Below are positions 1 through 11,529 of a stretch of 64,000 nucleotides of DNA, one piece after another. The stretch spans positions 15,376,001-15,440,000 of the forward strand of contig JBHGNT010000008.1 in NCBI GenBank assembly GCA_043228905.1, written 5' to 3'. Position numbers and translations under genes: made by a program. The number at the start of each line of letters is the position of its first letter. Position 1 is the stretch's first letter. This DNA comes from Azolla caroliniana (Eukaryota; Plantae; Polypodiophyta). The notes beneath the pieces were generated by a model. The model did no database searches. It was given only the letters and a program-made list of their open reading frames with translations, and was not told where the DNA came from.

Positions 1-1
1 G

Positions 2-1405
2 GGAGATGCCGGTAACCCCCCGAGATACAAAGCCAGGATCGTGGTGAAGGGGTTCCAACAGAAGAAGGGCGTGGACTTCGACGAGATATTTTCCCCGGTA
101 GTAAAGATGACCTCCATTCGGATGGTGCTGAGTATAGCAGCAAGCATGGACCTCGAGGTAGAGCAGCTGGACATGAAGACAACATTCCTTCACGGCGACC
201 TCGAAGAGGAGATCTACATGCAGCAACCAGAAGGTTTCGTGGAGAAAGGGAAGGAGCACCTGGTATGCCGGTTGAAGAAGAGCCTGTACGGACTGAAGCA
301 GGCTCCCCGACAATGGTACCGGAAGTTCGACTCCTTCATGACCGATCAAGGGTACCACAAGATGCAGGCCGATCACTGCGTGTTTGTGAAGAAGTTCGAA
401 GGAGGAGATTTCCTGATACTCCTTCTGTACGTGGATGACATGTTGATCGTCGGACGGGACCAAGTCAAAATACGGATGCTGAAGAAGGCTCTCAACCGGA
501 CCTTCTCAATGAAAGACTTGGGTTCGGCAAGACAGATGTTGGGGATGCACATCATTCGGGACCGGTCAGTGAAGCAATTATGGCTGTCACAAGAGAAGTA
601 TGTGACAAAGGTGCTTCACCGGTTCAACATGTCAGAGGCGAAACCGGTCGGATCGACACTTCCGACAAACTGCAGGCTATCCGGTAAGCAAAGCCCTAAG
701 ACGAAAGCAGAGAAGGCGGATATGATAAAGATTCCATATGCCTCTGTCGTCGGGAGCTTGATGTACGCAATGGTTTGTACCCGACCGGACATAGGATACG
801 CAGTCGGAGTGGTGAGCCGGTTTATGAGCAATCCCGGCAAGGAGCACTGGAACGCAGTCAAATGGATACTCCGATATTTGAAGGGCACTTCAAATATGTG
901 TCTCCGATTCGGCTCCGGAAAACCTCAACTGGACGGTTTCACCGATTCGGACATGTCGGCTGATGTGGATACCAGCCGGTCTACATCCGGGTATGTAATG
1001 ATATATGCAGGGGGAGCTGTTTCGTGGCAGTCGAGGCTGCAGAAGACGGTTGCATTGTCAACCACAGAGGCGGAGTACATGGCGGCTGTGGAAGCCGGCA
1101 AGGAAATATTATGGATGAAGGACTTCATCGGAGAGCTCGGTATTCGGCAAGAGGAATACCGACTCTATTGCGACAGTCAGAGTGCTATTCACCTTGCTAA
1201 GAATGCGGCCTACCACTCTCGGACGAAGCATATCCAGCGAAGATTTCACTGGATCCGGGAAAGAGTAGATCACCAGGAGTTCGTGCTGACGAAGATCCAC
1301 ACCACTGAGAACGGGTCAGATATGCTGACCAAAGTTCTGATACCCGACAAGCTGGATGCATGCCGGAAGCGGATCGGACTGATCAGACACCCCATGCCGG
1401 AGTGA
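2..1405 (+). CDS. pol: Copia polyprotein C-terminal part (reverse transcriptase, RNase H), 5'-truncated by the window edge
   Basis: LKKSLYGLKQAPRQW, YVDD, FTDSDMSAD, ALSTTEAEY and HSRTKHI motifs; highly similar to B and K. Confidence 0.93.
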   Translation, partial: GDAGNPPRYKARIVVKGFQQKKGVDFDEIFSPVVKMTSIRMVLSIAASMDLEVEQLDMKTTFLHGDLEEEIYMQQPEGFVEKGKEHLVCRLKKSLYGLKQAPRQWYRKFDSFMTDQGYHKMQADHCVFVKKFEGGDFLILLLYVDDMLIVGRDQVKIRMLKKALNRTFSMKDLGSARQMLGMHIIRDRSVKQLWLSQEKYVTKVLHRFNMSEAKPVGSTLPTNCRLSGKQSPKTKAEKADMIKIPYASVVGSLMYAMVCTRPDIGYAVGVVSRFMSNPGKEHWNAVKWILRYLKGTSNMCLRFGSGKPQLDGFTDSDMSADVDTSRSTSGYVMIYAGGAVSWQSRLQKTVALSTTEAEYMAAVEAGKEILWMKDFIGELGIRQEEYRLYCDSQSAIHLAKNAAYHSRTKHIQRRFHWIRERVDHQEFVLTKIHTTENGSDMLTKVLIPDKLDACRKRIGLIRHPMPE

Positions 1406-1415
1406 AGGGGGAGTT

Positions 1416-2207
1416 TGTTGGGAGACAGGTCCCTCCGGATGGGAAGGGAGAAGAATAGTGCCGACGAACAATCTCGGCCGAGGCCGATAGGCCGAGGTGT
1501 GAACTTGATGAGGAGTACCCGGCTACGGAGAGCCGGATGGTGCAGGCCCGATGTGAACCGGATGAGGAGTACCCGGCTACGGAGAGCCGGATGGTGCAAG
1601 CCCGGTGTGAACCGGATGAGGAGTACCCGGCTACGGAGAGCCAGATGGTGTAGGCCCGGTGAGAACCGGATGAGGAGCACCCGGCTACGGAGAGCCGGAT
1701 GACGCAAACCCGGTACGAACCGGAGGAAGAGACATATTCGTAAATATGTTTCTGAGAGCTCATCGAGGCTACATTTGTAAATAGCCGAAAAAGTCATATT
1801 AGTATAAATATGACTTAGGGAAAACTTTTAGGGTTGTTATTTTTGTTGTTATTTTTGGTGGTTGTTATTCTTGTTGGTGCAAGAATAGAGAGAGCACGTA
1901 ACAGTGTACAGAGAGAGGGAGAGAGAGAAAGAGATCGCTGCCTCTGTTGTAACCGCCGCCTGTGCCGAAGATCGTGAGCACGAGGTCGTTGCCTCCGTGA
2001 ACTCACTGTTTTGTACATTACTACATAGTGACAGTTTGCAGCCTGTGGGCTGCCGTGGTTTTTTCCCCTAGTTTGGGGTTCTCCACGTAAACCTCCTGTG
2101 TATCTTCCTCTTCTATGTGTCGTGCATTATTTCTCGTTTTTTCTATGTATCATTCTAAGCTCGGTTGTGGCCGAGCGTTGTGCATAAGGAGCGTTGAGTT
2201 CCCGTCA
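1416..2207 (+). repeat. 3' LTR of element A
   Basis: TG..CA ends, directly after the PPT, TATAAATA near 1804, homologous end to end with the solo LTR at 22614-23335. Confidence 0.88.
1498..1722 (+). repeat. 54-bp tandem repeat (about 4 copies) in U3 of LTR A
   Basis: GATGAGGAG recurs at 1507, 1561, 1615 and 1669. Confidence 0.9.
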
Positions 2208-2606
2208 ATTCTGTTTGTCCATCAGATTGAGGATGATCCGTGGAGCTCATGCTCAATGTAGTTTCTAACTTCTTAAAGACTTGCGTCGAAAAGTCGCTAG
2301 TAAACTTTGGATCTTGATCACTCACGATATCCATCGGTAATCCATAAAAGTGAAATAACTCATCAACGAATTGGTAAGCCAATTCAGGAGTTGTTATCGT
2401 GGTTTTAGTAGCAATAAATCTGGCCATTTAGTTAGTCAATCAACCACAACCCAGATGGCATCATGGCCTTTTTGGGTGCGAGGAAGGCTAACAATAAAAT
2501 ACATGGATATAATTTCCCACTTATTATTGGGAATGTCCAAGGGATGTAAAAGTTTTGCGGCGTTAAGTCGTTTGGCTTTGTTAACTTGACACTGGTGACA
2601 TTTAGT
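2208..2606 (-). pseudogene. pol: Gypsy C integrase core fragment, including the upstream copy of a 346-bp duplication
   Basis: IVSDQDPKFTS..HPQSDGQTE; 2261-2606 matches 7955-8300 with one mismatch seen. Confidence 0.88.
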
Positions 2607-2607
2607 T

Positions 2608-5600
2608 TGTTGGGATTACGGTCCCTTCGGATGGGATGGTCGGATGTCGGAGATGAATGCCGACAAGCCCGGTTTCGGTTTCGGAACCGGATGATGAAGA
2701 CCCCGACTTCGGAGCCGGATGACGAATGTACCCGGAGAGAGATCCGGATGCAGGGACATATCCGTGAATACGTCTGCTAAGGGCCCCTGAGGCTATAGTT
2801 GTAAATAGCCCCAAAGTCATATATGTATAAATATGACTTAGGGCAAATAGTTTTAGTGTTGCTAATCATTTTTCTGTTTTTCCACTCAAGAGGAGTGAAG
2901 AGGGAGCAGCCGTGAGAGAGAGAGAGAGAGAGATAGAGCGTGAGAGAGGAAGAGGACGACGCCTCTTTGTATTTCCGCCTCCTGTGGCGAGGACAGCGAG
3001 CTCAAGGTCGTCGCCTTGCAGCTCGCCATTGTATACTTCTCTGTATAGTGTTGGTTTGGAGTCTTGTACTCCCGTGGTTTTTCCCGTCTAGGGTTTTCCA
3101 CGTTAATCCCTGTGTGTTCGCGTTTTGTTTCTCTTTGTGGTTCCTATTTTCTGCTCCATTGATTCGCGCTTGCTGGGTTGTGGCCAAGCGGTGAAGGTGA
3201 ATCGAAGCGTCGATTCCCAACAAACTGGTATCAGAGCGAACTGCTGCAGAAAATGGAAGGCGGTGGCAGCGGGCAGCCGGGGATGATGGTGCTGAATGCG
3301 CAGAATTACGCCGACTGGAAGATCAAGATGGAGGATCTTCTGATTGTTCGGGACCTGTACGAACCGATTGACAGGTCGGAAATACCGAAGGGGGTACTTG
3401 AGTCGGAATGGAGGCTTCTGAACCGGAAAGCCGTTGCAACCATTCGGCAATACGTAGACGTGAGCGTTCTACAACATGTGGCGAACGACACCAACGCATA
3501 TGAGATGTGGCGGAAGCTGTCGGGCCTCTACGAGAGGAAGAATGCGTTGAACCGGACCTCCCTGATGAGGAAGATAGTGAATCTCAAGTACCGGGATGGC
3601 GAGAGTATGGTGGAACACGTAAGCACGTTCATGGGATTCGTGAATCAGCTTGCGGCGATCAAGTTCCCGTTGGAGGACGCAATGCAAGCCATCATCCTGA
3701 TGTGTACATTGCCGGAAAGCTGGGAGAACTTGGTGGTGACTCTCAGCACCTCCTGCACAGAAGATAACTTGTCCTTGCAAACGGTAAAGACAAGTATTTT
3801 GAACGAAGAAGCGCGTCGGAGAGATAAAGAACCGGCCTCCGACCCGAAGGCGCTGCTTACCGAATCGGATCGGGGAAGACAATGGAACCGGAGTCCGCAA
3901 AGACGGGAGAAGTCGGGGACCCGGTCGCAGTCAAGAGGAAGGCCCACATGCTTCCACTGTGGGAAACCGGGGCACTTCCGAAAGAATTGTCGGCATTACC
4001 GAAAAGACAATGGAGCCGACGACACCGATTCGAAGAAGTCACCGGAGAGAAACGGTGCATACCGGGGAGCCACGGACCGGAGAGGTTCGGATCGGCGAGG
4101 GCAGGACCGGAAAGGAACAACGGCACTCGCGGCAAGTAAGGAAGAAATCATGCTCATCACCGAAGAAGGTGAACTAAACGTTGCCGGCGATGAGACGACC
4201 TGGGTGGTCGATTCCGGAGCATCGTTCCACCTGACCCCGGAGAGAAGATACTTCTCATCCTACACAGCCGGTGAGCATGGCTGTGTTCGGATGGGAAATG
4301 AAGGTACGTGCCGGATTGCCGGCATCGGAGACGTGTGGTTGACAACCCCGACCGGATGCAAAATGCTGCTGAAGGATGTCCGACACGTTCCGGAGGTTCG
4401 ATTGAACCTGATTTCGGCCGGGAGGCTAGACGATGAAGGCTACACAGGTAGCATCCGGAACGGCGTAATGAAGTTCAGCAAGGGGAGCCTGATAGTGGCT
4501 CGGGCTCGGAAAGTCAACACATTGTACCTGATGAATGCCCGGTTATGTCCGGAAGAGCTGAACGTGGCAGCCGACATTGCCGGTGAGCTGTGGCACAAGA
4601 GACTGTGCCACATGAGTGAGAAGGGGATGAAGAGGCTTGCAGAAGACAACCTCATTCCAGTGAAGCATGTGCACCTGGAGAAGTGCACCGATTGCCTGGC
4701 CGGTAAGCAGAACCGAGCCTCCTTCCACTCAAGGCCACCGACGAGACGTAGCGCACCATTGGAGTTGGTGCACACTGATGTGTGTCAGGTAGAAACGAAG
4801 TCACATGGCGGAGCCCAGTACTTCGTAACATTCATCGATGATCATAGCCGAAAACTGTGGACGGCACCGATGAAGACAAAGGACCAAGTGTTGTGCGTCT
4901 TCAAAGAACTCCACGCGAGAGTGGAAAGGGAATCCGGCAAGAAGCTGAAGGCGATACGAGCGGATAACGGAGGGGAATACCGGGGGCAGTTCCAGGAGTA
5001 CTGTCGCTCGAAGGGAATCCGGCTCGAGTTTACTGTGCCGAAGACGCCGGAACTGAACAGGCTGGCCGAGAGGATGAACCGGACCATAATGGAGAGGGTC
5101 CGGAGTATGCTGGCGCATGCGAAATTACCCAAGGGGTTTTGGGCTGAGGCAATGTCGACGGCGACATATGTGATAAATAGATCACCCTCAGTACCTTTGG
5201 ACGGAGACACGCCGCAGAAAGTGTGGACCGGTAAGGAAGTGTCCTACCGGCATCTGAAGGTGTTCGGGTGTCTCGCATACGTGCATGTGGCAAAGGACCG
5301 GAGAGGAAAGTTAGATCCTAAGACCCGGCGATGCATATTCCTCGGTTACGGCGACGACGAGTTCGGCTACCGAGTATGGGACCCGGTCGACAAGAAGATA
5401 TTCAGGAGTCGAGACATCATCTTCATGGAGGTCAAGACACTCGCCGACTGGGAGTCGGAGAAGAAGATGAAGAGCTCCAAGTCGACCGGTGAGGATCAAC
5501 TCTACGAGGAGCAGTCCCGACCGGCAAGGGACCGGTTAGCACTCGAGGATCCGGCCGAAGACGGTGAAGAAACAGAACCGGCCGAAGAAGATGAAAATGA

Positions 5601-7954
5601 TACCGGAACCGGCCCCGATCCCGAAATGGATTCGGATGAAGAAGAAGAATCGGAAGAACCGGTTACCGAAGCTCCCGAACGGAGATATCCTCTAAGAGAG
5701 AGGAGGGCCCCCCGGAGATTTCCGGATCCAGAGCACGTGCTGCTAACCGACGAGGGGGAGCCGGAGAGCTTTGAAGAAGCAAAGCACGACACCCAGAGCC
5801 GCAGGTGGTTGAGTGCCATGCAAGACGAGATGGATTCCCTGCATGAGAACCACACATATGAACTTGTGGAGTTGCCGAAAGGAAAGCGGGCACTTCGAAA
5901 CAAGTGGGTGTTCAAGCTGAAACCGGGAGATGCCGGAAACCCCCCGAGATACAAAGCCAGGATCGTGGTGAAGGGGTTTCAGCAGAAGAAGGGCGTCGAC
6001 TTCGACGAGATATTTGCCCCGGTAGTGAAGATGACCTCCATCCGGACGGTGCTGAGCATAGCGGCAAGCATGGACCTCGAGGTAGAACAGATGGACGTGA
6101 AGACGGCATTCCTTCACGGTGACCTCGATGAAGAGATCTACATGCAGCAACCGGAAGGATTCGAGAAGAAAGGGAAGGAGCACCTGGTATGCCGGTTGAA
6201 GAAGAGCCTTTACGGACTGAAGCAGGCTCCCCGGCAATGGTACCGGAAATTCGACTCCTTCATGACCGACGAAGGGTACCTCAAAACGCAGTCCGACCAC
6301 TGCGTGTTTGTGAAGAAGTTCGAAGGAGGAGACTTCCTAATACTCCTCCTATACGTGGACGACATGTTGATCGTCGGACAGGACCAGGTCAAGATACGGA
6401 TGCTGAAGAAGGCTCTTCACCGAACCTTCTCAATGAAGGACTTGGGTCCGGCGAGGCAAATACTAGGGATGCACATCATCCGGGACCGGAAGAAGAAGCA
6501 GTTGTGGCTGTCACAGGAGAAGTACGTGACGAAGGTGCTTCACCGGTTCAACATGTCGGAAGCAAGACCGGTCGGATCGACCCTCCCGGCAAACTGCAAG
6601 CTGTCCAACAAGCAAAGTCCCAAGACAAAGGCTGAAAAGGAGGATATGATGAAAGTGCCATATGCCTCAGCCGTCGGGAGCTTGATGTACGCCATGGTGT
6701 GTACGAGACCGGACATCGGATATGCAGTCGGAGTGGTGAGCCGGTACATGAGCAATCCCGGCAAAGAGCATTGGAACGCGGCCAAGTGGATACTCCGATA
6801 CCTGAAGGGCACGGCAAACGTGTGCCTCCGATTCGGCTCCGGTAAGCCCGAACTCGACGGCTTTACCGATTCGGATATGTCGGCTGATGCAGATACCAGC
6901 CGGTCCACATCAGGGTATGTGATGACGTATGCAGGGGGAGCTGTTTCATGGCAGTCGAGGCTGCAGAAGACGGTTGCGTTGTCAACTACGGAGGCGGAGT
7001 ACATGGCGGCTGTTGAAGCCGGCAAGGAAGTAATATGGATGAAGGACTTCATTAGAGAGCTCGGTATCCGTCAGGAAGAGTACCGACTCTACTGTGACAG
7101 TCAGAGTGCAATCCACCTTGCGAAGAACGCGGCCTATCACTCCCGGACGAAGCACATCCAGCGAAGATATCACTGGATCCGGGAAAGGATAGAAGACAAG
7201 GAGTTCGTGCTGACGAAGATCCACACGGACGAGAACGGGTCGGATATGCTGACCAAGGTGCTCACACCCGACAAACTGGAAGCATGCCGGAAGAGGATCG
7301 GATTGGAGAGACATCCCATGCCGAAGTGAAGGGGGAGTTTGTTGGGATTACGGTCCCTTCGGATGGGATGGTCGAATGTCGGAGATGAATGCCGACAAGC
7401 CCGGTTTCGGTTTCGGAACCGGATGATGAAGACCCCGACTTCGGAGCCGGATGACGAATGTACCCGGAGAGAGATCCGGATGCAGGGACATATCCGTGAA
7501 TACGTCTGCTAAGGGCCCCTGAGGCTATAGTTGTAAATAGCCCCAAAGTCATATATGTATAAATATGACTTAGGGCAAATAGTTTTAGTGTTGCTAATCA
7601 TTTTTCTGTTTTTCCACTCAAGAGGAGTGAAGAGGGAGCAGCCGTGAGAGAGAGAGAGAGAGAGATAGAGCGTGAGAGAGGAAGAGGACGATGCCTCTTT
7701 GTATTTCCGCCTCCTGTGGCGAGGACAGCGAGCTCAAGGTCGTCGCCTTGCAGCTCGCCATTGTATACTTCTCTGTATAGTGTTGGTTTGGAGTCTTGTA
7801 CTCCCGTGGTTTTTCCCGTCTAGGGTTTTCCACGTTAATCCCTGTGTGTTCGCGTTTTGTTTCTCTTTGTAGTTCCTATTTTCTGCTCCATTGATTCGCG
7901 CTTGCTCGGTTGTGGCCGAGCGGTGAAGGTGAATCGAAGCGTCGATTCCCAACA
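2608..7954 (+). mobile_element. Intact Copia LTR retrotransposon B (Tnt1/Tork-like)
   Basis: 615-bp LTRs 2608-3222 and 7340-7954 (about 5 substitutions by eye), tRNAiMet PBS TGGTATCAGAGC 3226-3237, PPT at 7328-7337, single intact ORF. No 5-bp TSD. Confidence 0.97.
3253..7329 (+). CDS. gag-pol: Gag-Pol polyprotein (Gag, CCHC, protease, integrase, RT, RNase H), 1358 aa
   Basis: First ATG after the PBS. CFHCGKPGHFRKNC, WVVDSGASFH, WHKRLCH, HTDV..DNGGEY, YVDD and RNase H motifs in Copia order; no stops. Confidence 0.95.
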   Translation: MEGGGSGQPGMMVLNAQNYADWKIKMEDLLIVRDLYEPIDRSEIPKGVLESEWRLLNRKAVATIRQYVDVSVLQHVANDTNAYEMWRKLSGLYERKNALNRTSLMRKIVNLKYRDGESMVEHVSTFMGFVNQLAAIKFPLEDAMQAIILMCTLPESWENLVVTLSTSCTEDNLSLQTVKTSILNEEARRRDKEPASDPKALLTESDRGRQWNRSPQRREKSGTRSQSRGRPTCFHCGKPGHFRKNCRHYRKDNGADDTDSKKSPERNGAYRGATDRRGSDRRGQDRKGTTALAASKEEIMLITEEGELNVAGDETTWVVDSGASFHLTPERRYFSSYTAGEHGCVRMGNEGTCRIAGIGDVWLTTPTGCKMLLKDVRHVPEVRLNLISAGRLDDEGYTGSIRNGVMKFSKGSLIVARARKVNTLYLMNARLCPEELNVAADIAGELWHKRLCHMSEKGMKRLAEDNLIPVKHVHLEKCTDCLAGKQNRASFHSRPPTRRSAPLELVHTDVCQVETKSHGGAQYFVTFIDDHSRKLWTAPMKTKDQVLCVFKELHARVERESGKKLKAIRADNGGEYRGQFQEYCRSKGIRLEFTVPKTPELNRLAERMNRTIMERVRSMLAHAKLPKGFWAEAMSTATYVINRSPSVPLDGDTPQKVWTGKEVSYRHLKVFGCLAYVHVAKDRRGKLDPKTRRCIFLGYGDDEFGYRVWDPVDKKIFRSRDIIFMEVKTLADWESEKKMKSSKSTGEDQLYEEQSRPARDRLALEDPAEDGEETEPAEEDENDTGTGPDPEMDSDEEEESEEPVTEAPERRYPLRERRAPRRFPDPEHVLLTDEGEPESFEEAKHDTQSRRWLSAMQDEMDSLHENHTYELVELPKGKRALRNKWVFKLKPGDAGNPPRYKARIVVKGFQQKKGVDFDEIFAPVVKMTSIRTVLSIAASMDLEVEQMDVKTAFLHGDLDEEIYMQQPEGFEKKGKEHLVCRLKKSLYGLKQAPRQWYRKFDSFMTDEGYLKTQSDHCVFVKKFEGGDFLILLLYVDDMLIVGQDQVKIRMLKKALHRTFSMKDLGPARQILGMHIIRDRKKKQLWLSQEKYVTKVLHRFNMSEARPVGSTLPANCKLSNKQSPKTKAEKEDMMKVPYASAVGSLMYAMVCTRPDIGYAVGVVSRYMSNPGKEHWNAAKWILRYLKGTANVCLRFGSGKPELDGFTDSDMSADADTSRSTSGYVMTYAGGAVSWQSRLQKTVALSTTEAEYMAAVEAGKEVIWMKDFIRELGIRQEEYRLYCDSQSAIHLAKNAAYHSRTKHIQRRYHWIRERIEDKEFVLTKIHTDENGSDMLTKVLTPDKLEACRKRIGLERHPMPK

Positions 7955-10900
7955 GTTTCTAACTTCTTAAAGACTTGCGTCGAAAAGTCGCTAGTAAACT
8001 TTGGATCTTGATCACTCACGATATCCATCGGTAATCCATAAAAGTGAAATAACTCATCAACGAATTGGTAAGCCAATTCAGGAGTTGTTATCGTGGTTTT
8101 AGTAGCAATAAATCTGGCCATTTAGTTAGTCAATCAACCACAACCCAGATGGCATCATGGCCTTTTTGGGTGCGAGGAAGGCTAACAATAAAATCCATGG
8201 ATATAATTTCCCACTTATTATTGGGAATGTCCAAGGGATGTAAAAGTTTTGCGGCGTTAAGTCGTTTGGCTTTGTTAACTTGACACTGGTGACATTTAGT
8301 CACATAGCTATGTATGTTAGGACGCATCTTAGGCCAATGGAATTGAGTGGAGATGAGAACGAGTGTACGATGTATTCCAGGGTGTCCTACTAAGGGTGCA
8401 TCATGGAATTTTAAAAAAATTGTCTTTTTGACCTCAGGCAAATTTGGAACACAAACCTTCCCATTATGGTAGAGAAAACCGTTAGCAATGTGGAAGGATT
8501 CCTTGGAGGATGTGGTGGTGTCTGTTCCAGACTCAACTCTTGCCCAGTATTTTGCAAAATAATTTTCATCATGATATTTTCCTTGAAGTTGATCATAAAG
8601 TTCTGATGTTATTTCAGTGAAGCTAAGCATGTTAACTTCACGGATGTGACTTAGTGCATCAACAATAGTGTTCATGGAACCTTTACGATATTGTATGGAA
8701 AAATCAAAGTCCTGGATGAGATTTGCCTATTGTGCCTTACAACCTTTAAGGTCTTGTTGGTCACAAAAATATTTCAAGGACTTGTGGTCCGTAGTTACCA
8801 CAAAACGATTTCCATAAAGATAATGGTGCCATGCCTTGAGCACATGAATAAATGCAAATAAATCATTTTCTTGCATGACATACCGATATTGAGCAGAATC
8901 AAGTTTCTTACTCTCAAATGCTATTGGTTTACCATCTTGATATAAGACAACACCTATAGCATAATCACTTGCATCGGTTTCAACCTGAAAAGGTTTTAAA
9001 GGATTTGGTAAAAGAAGCGAAGGAGCCTTGCACACCAAGTCCTTGAGTTCCTTAAAGGCGAGGTTTAGTGTGGCATTCCACACAATAGGTTTTGTAGACT
9101 TATGCGTTTGAGCTTTGAGGAGATCAGTAAACAGTGTTGTAAATTGGGAGTAATTACGAAGAGATTTTCGTAAAAACCTAACAAAACCAAGGAATGATCG
9201 AACTTCTCAAATATTCTAAAGAGTGGGCCAAAGTTTGATTTTCTCGATGCGAGAAGGATCAGTTTCAACTCCTCATTCGGTTATGAATGTCCAAGATAAG
9301 TAATTGATTTCTTGAAGAACTCACATTTTGAGATCTTTGCGTAGAATTGCTTGTCACACAATGTTTGTAAAACAAAGCGGACATGTTTAGCATGTTCTTC
9401 TAACGTACGACTATAAACTAGAATATCATCCAAGAAAACAACAAAAAAATTTCCAAATTGTTCTCGAAAAATGTCATTCATTTCTTGTTGAAATGTGGCT
9501 GGAGCATTGGTCAAACCGAAAGGCATGACCAAAAACTCATAATGTCCATAGTGCATACGAAATGCCGTTTTAGGAACATCTTCCTCACTTATACGAATTT
9601 GATGGTAGCCCATACAGAGATCAAGTTTTGTAAAATACCGAGCTCCCTAGAGACGGTCAATTAGATCGTCAGCCTGGGGCAATGGATATGAATTCTTGAT
9701 CGTCACTTTATTCAATCGTCGGTAATTACTACACATACGCCATGTGCCCTCTTTCTTTTTTACCAAGAGAACAAGTGCACCCCATGGAGATTTACTATAA
9801 CGTATATAACCCATTTGTAAATAGTCCTTGAGTTGCTTAGATATCTCATCCTCTTCGGATCGACTTAAGCGATAAGGAGGTAACACTACTTATTGGTGCA
9901 ACACTAGGTACAATATCTATACGATGGTCTATATTACGTTTAGGAGGTAACCCATGTGGTAGTTCACTCGAAAAAACATCACGAAAATCATTTAAGATTT
10001 CATCAAATTGTTGTTGTTCAAAATATGATAATTGACCCGAGACATTATCGATATTATAAACGTGAATTTTCAGATCAAGTACACAATAAAATAAAGAAGA
10101 ACAAGATAACTCAGATATTGATGAAGAGGAAACAATCGAAAGAGATTGTTTATTTACACATTGAATCGTTCAGTACAAAGGAAATGGAACGGCGAACCCA
10201 ATCAATAGACAAAGAAGAGTTTTTATTATAAAACCAAGGATAACCCAATATTACATTGGTGGTACAAAGATTCATTACATGGAGGTCTACTTCCTCTATA
10301 CAAGTATCAATAGAAATTCCTAATGAATGAATCGCCCCGTTGATGTACTGTACTCTTCCATCAGCCAAGTGCGCCCTATAGGTGTGATCACTTACGGTGG
10401 GTTGGATTCCCCCATATTTGAACCAAACAATCATTCACAAAATTGTGTGAGCTTCCCGAATCAAATAAAAATTGTACAGGAGATCCATTGATATACCCGT
10501 TTGCACGTAGTAAATCATTGGGTTCCAATACATAAAGAGGGAAAGAACATTTACAATTACTTAAATGATGTGTATAGACCTCAAGGACATCATAAATCTG
10601 ACCTTTATGGTTTGCAACTTTTGTTTTTGTTGTCGTGCTCTTTCTGTTGGAGCTTTCGACATTGCTCTTTTGTATGACCCTTCTTTTTGCAGAATACGCA
10701 AAAAGGATTTTGTCGCTTACAATCGCGATCCATGAATTCATTGGGTGTCTTGCGTTTCCCAACGAATTGCGTCTGCTTAGTCCTGGGCGCATCGTTGGGT
10801 TTGTTATGGTCCTTCTTCGAAGTACGCTGATACAATTTCAACGGCCTCTTCGAAGGATTTGGGATCCTTATCGTGCACTATTCAGTGATAGTCCGAATTG

Positions 10901-11529
10901 GGAATGCCATTGACAAAACAAGCTATCAACCAATTGTTCCCTTCTAGACCCGATTTTTGGAGTTGGGTTCTAGCATGGTAAACATAGTCTTCTAGCGAGG
11001 AAAACTTCCTGTTAGAGGGGTTCATTAAAGCTTGTGCTACCTCGGTTCGAGATGGAGGTTGAAGAAATTGGCCCTTGAAAACTGTGACAAATTCTATTCA
11101 GGTATCATGTAATTTCCCCAAAGTGTAGAGCCCACGCCACCAGGTGGAGGCCTTACCCCCTAGTTCTCGGCCGACATATGCAATCTTCGTACTATCTGGG
11201 TTGATATAGAGCTCAAAATGAGACTCCCATCGACCCAGCCACGTGCAGATTGCTTCTTCGGTTCTTTCCTTTTTTTCTCTCGTAAATGGCTTTACGACAA
11301 ATGATGGGTCACCCTAACGCTCATCGGGTCTATTAGTGTCATGTTGTAAACTAATGACACGTGCCTCGAGAGCACTATGAGATTGCCGAAGTTCGGACAT
11401 CTCATGCGTAGTTGAATTAAGGAAATTTTGTAATTGTATCAAATACGACTCAATGGGGATTGGCCTAGGAGAATTTTCTTGAATTCCTTCCACTTGAGCA
11501 GATGACATCGGATCGTTGTTATGAGCCAT
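7955..11529 (-). pseudogene. gag-pol: Gypsy C gag-pol, broken by stops and frameshifts
   Basis: ORF fragments 11314-11529, 10605-10841, 10388-10792, 9647-9886, 9281-9613, 8727-9083 and 8130-8675 carry gag/PR/RT/RH/IN motifs. Confidence 0.88.

Larger units (their letters stand above)
1..2207 (+). mobile_element. Copia LTR retrotransposon A (Tnt1/Tork-like), 3' part; 5' part lies outside the window
   Basis: RT (YVDD)/RNase H ORF, then PPT GAAGGGGGAG and an LTR TGTTGGGAGAC..TTCCCGTCA (1416-2207). Gypsy integrase sequence resumes immediately after. Confidence 0.93.

Noticed and set aside
1498-1722. Regular repeats resembling a CRISPR array, and the repeat-peptide ORFs over them
   Set aside because: Head-to-tail repeats without unique spacers inside an LTR, no cas genes, eukaryotic context.
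3306-7314. Numerous short antisense and alternate-frame ORFs shared between B and K
   Set aside because: Expected shadows of GC-rich, nearly identical gag-pol sequences.
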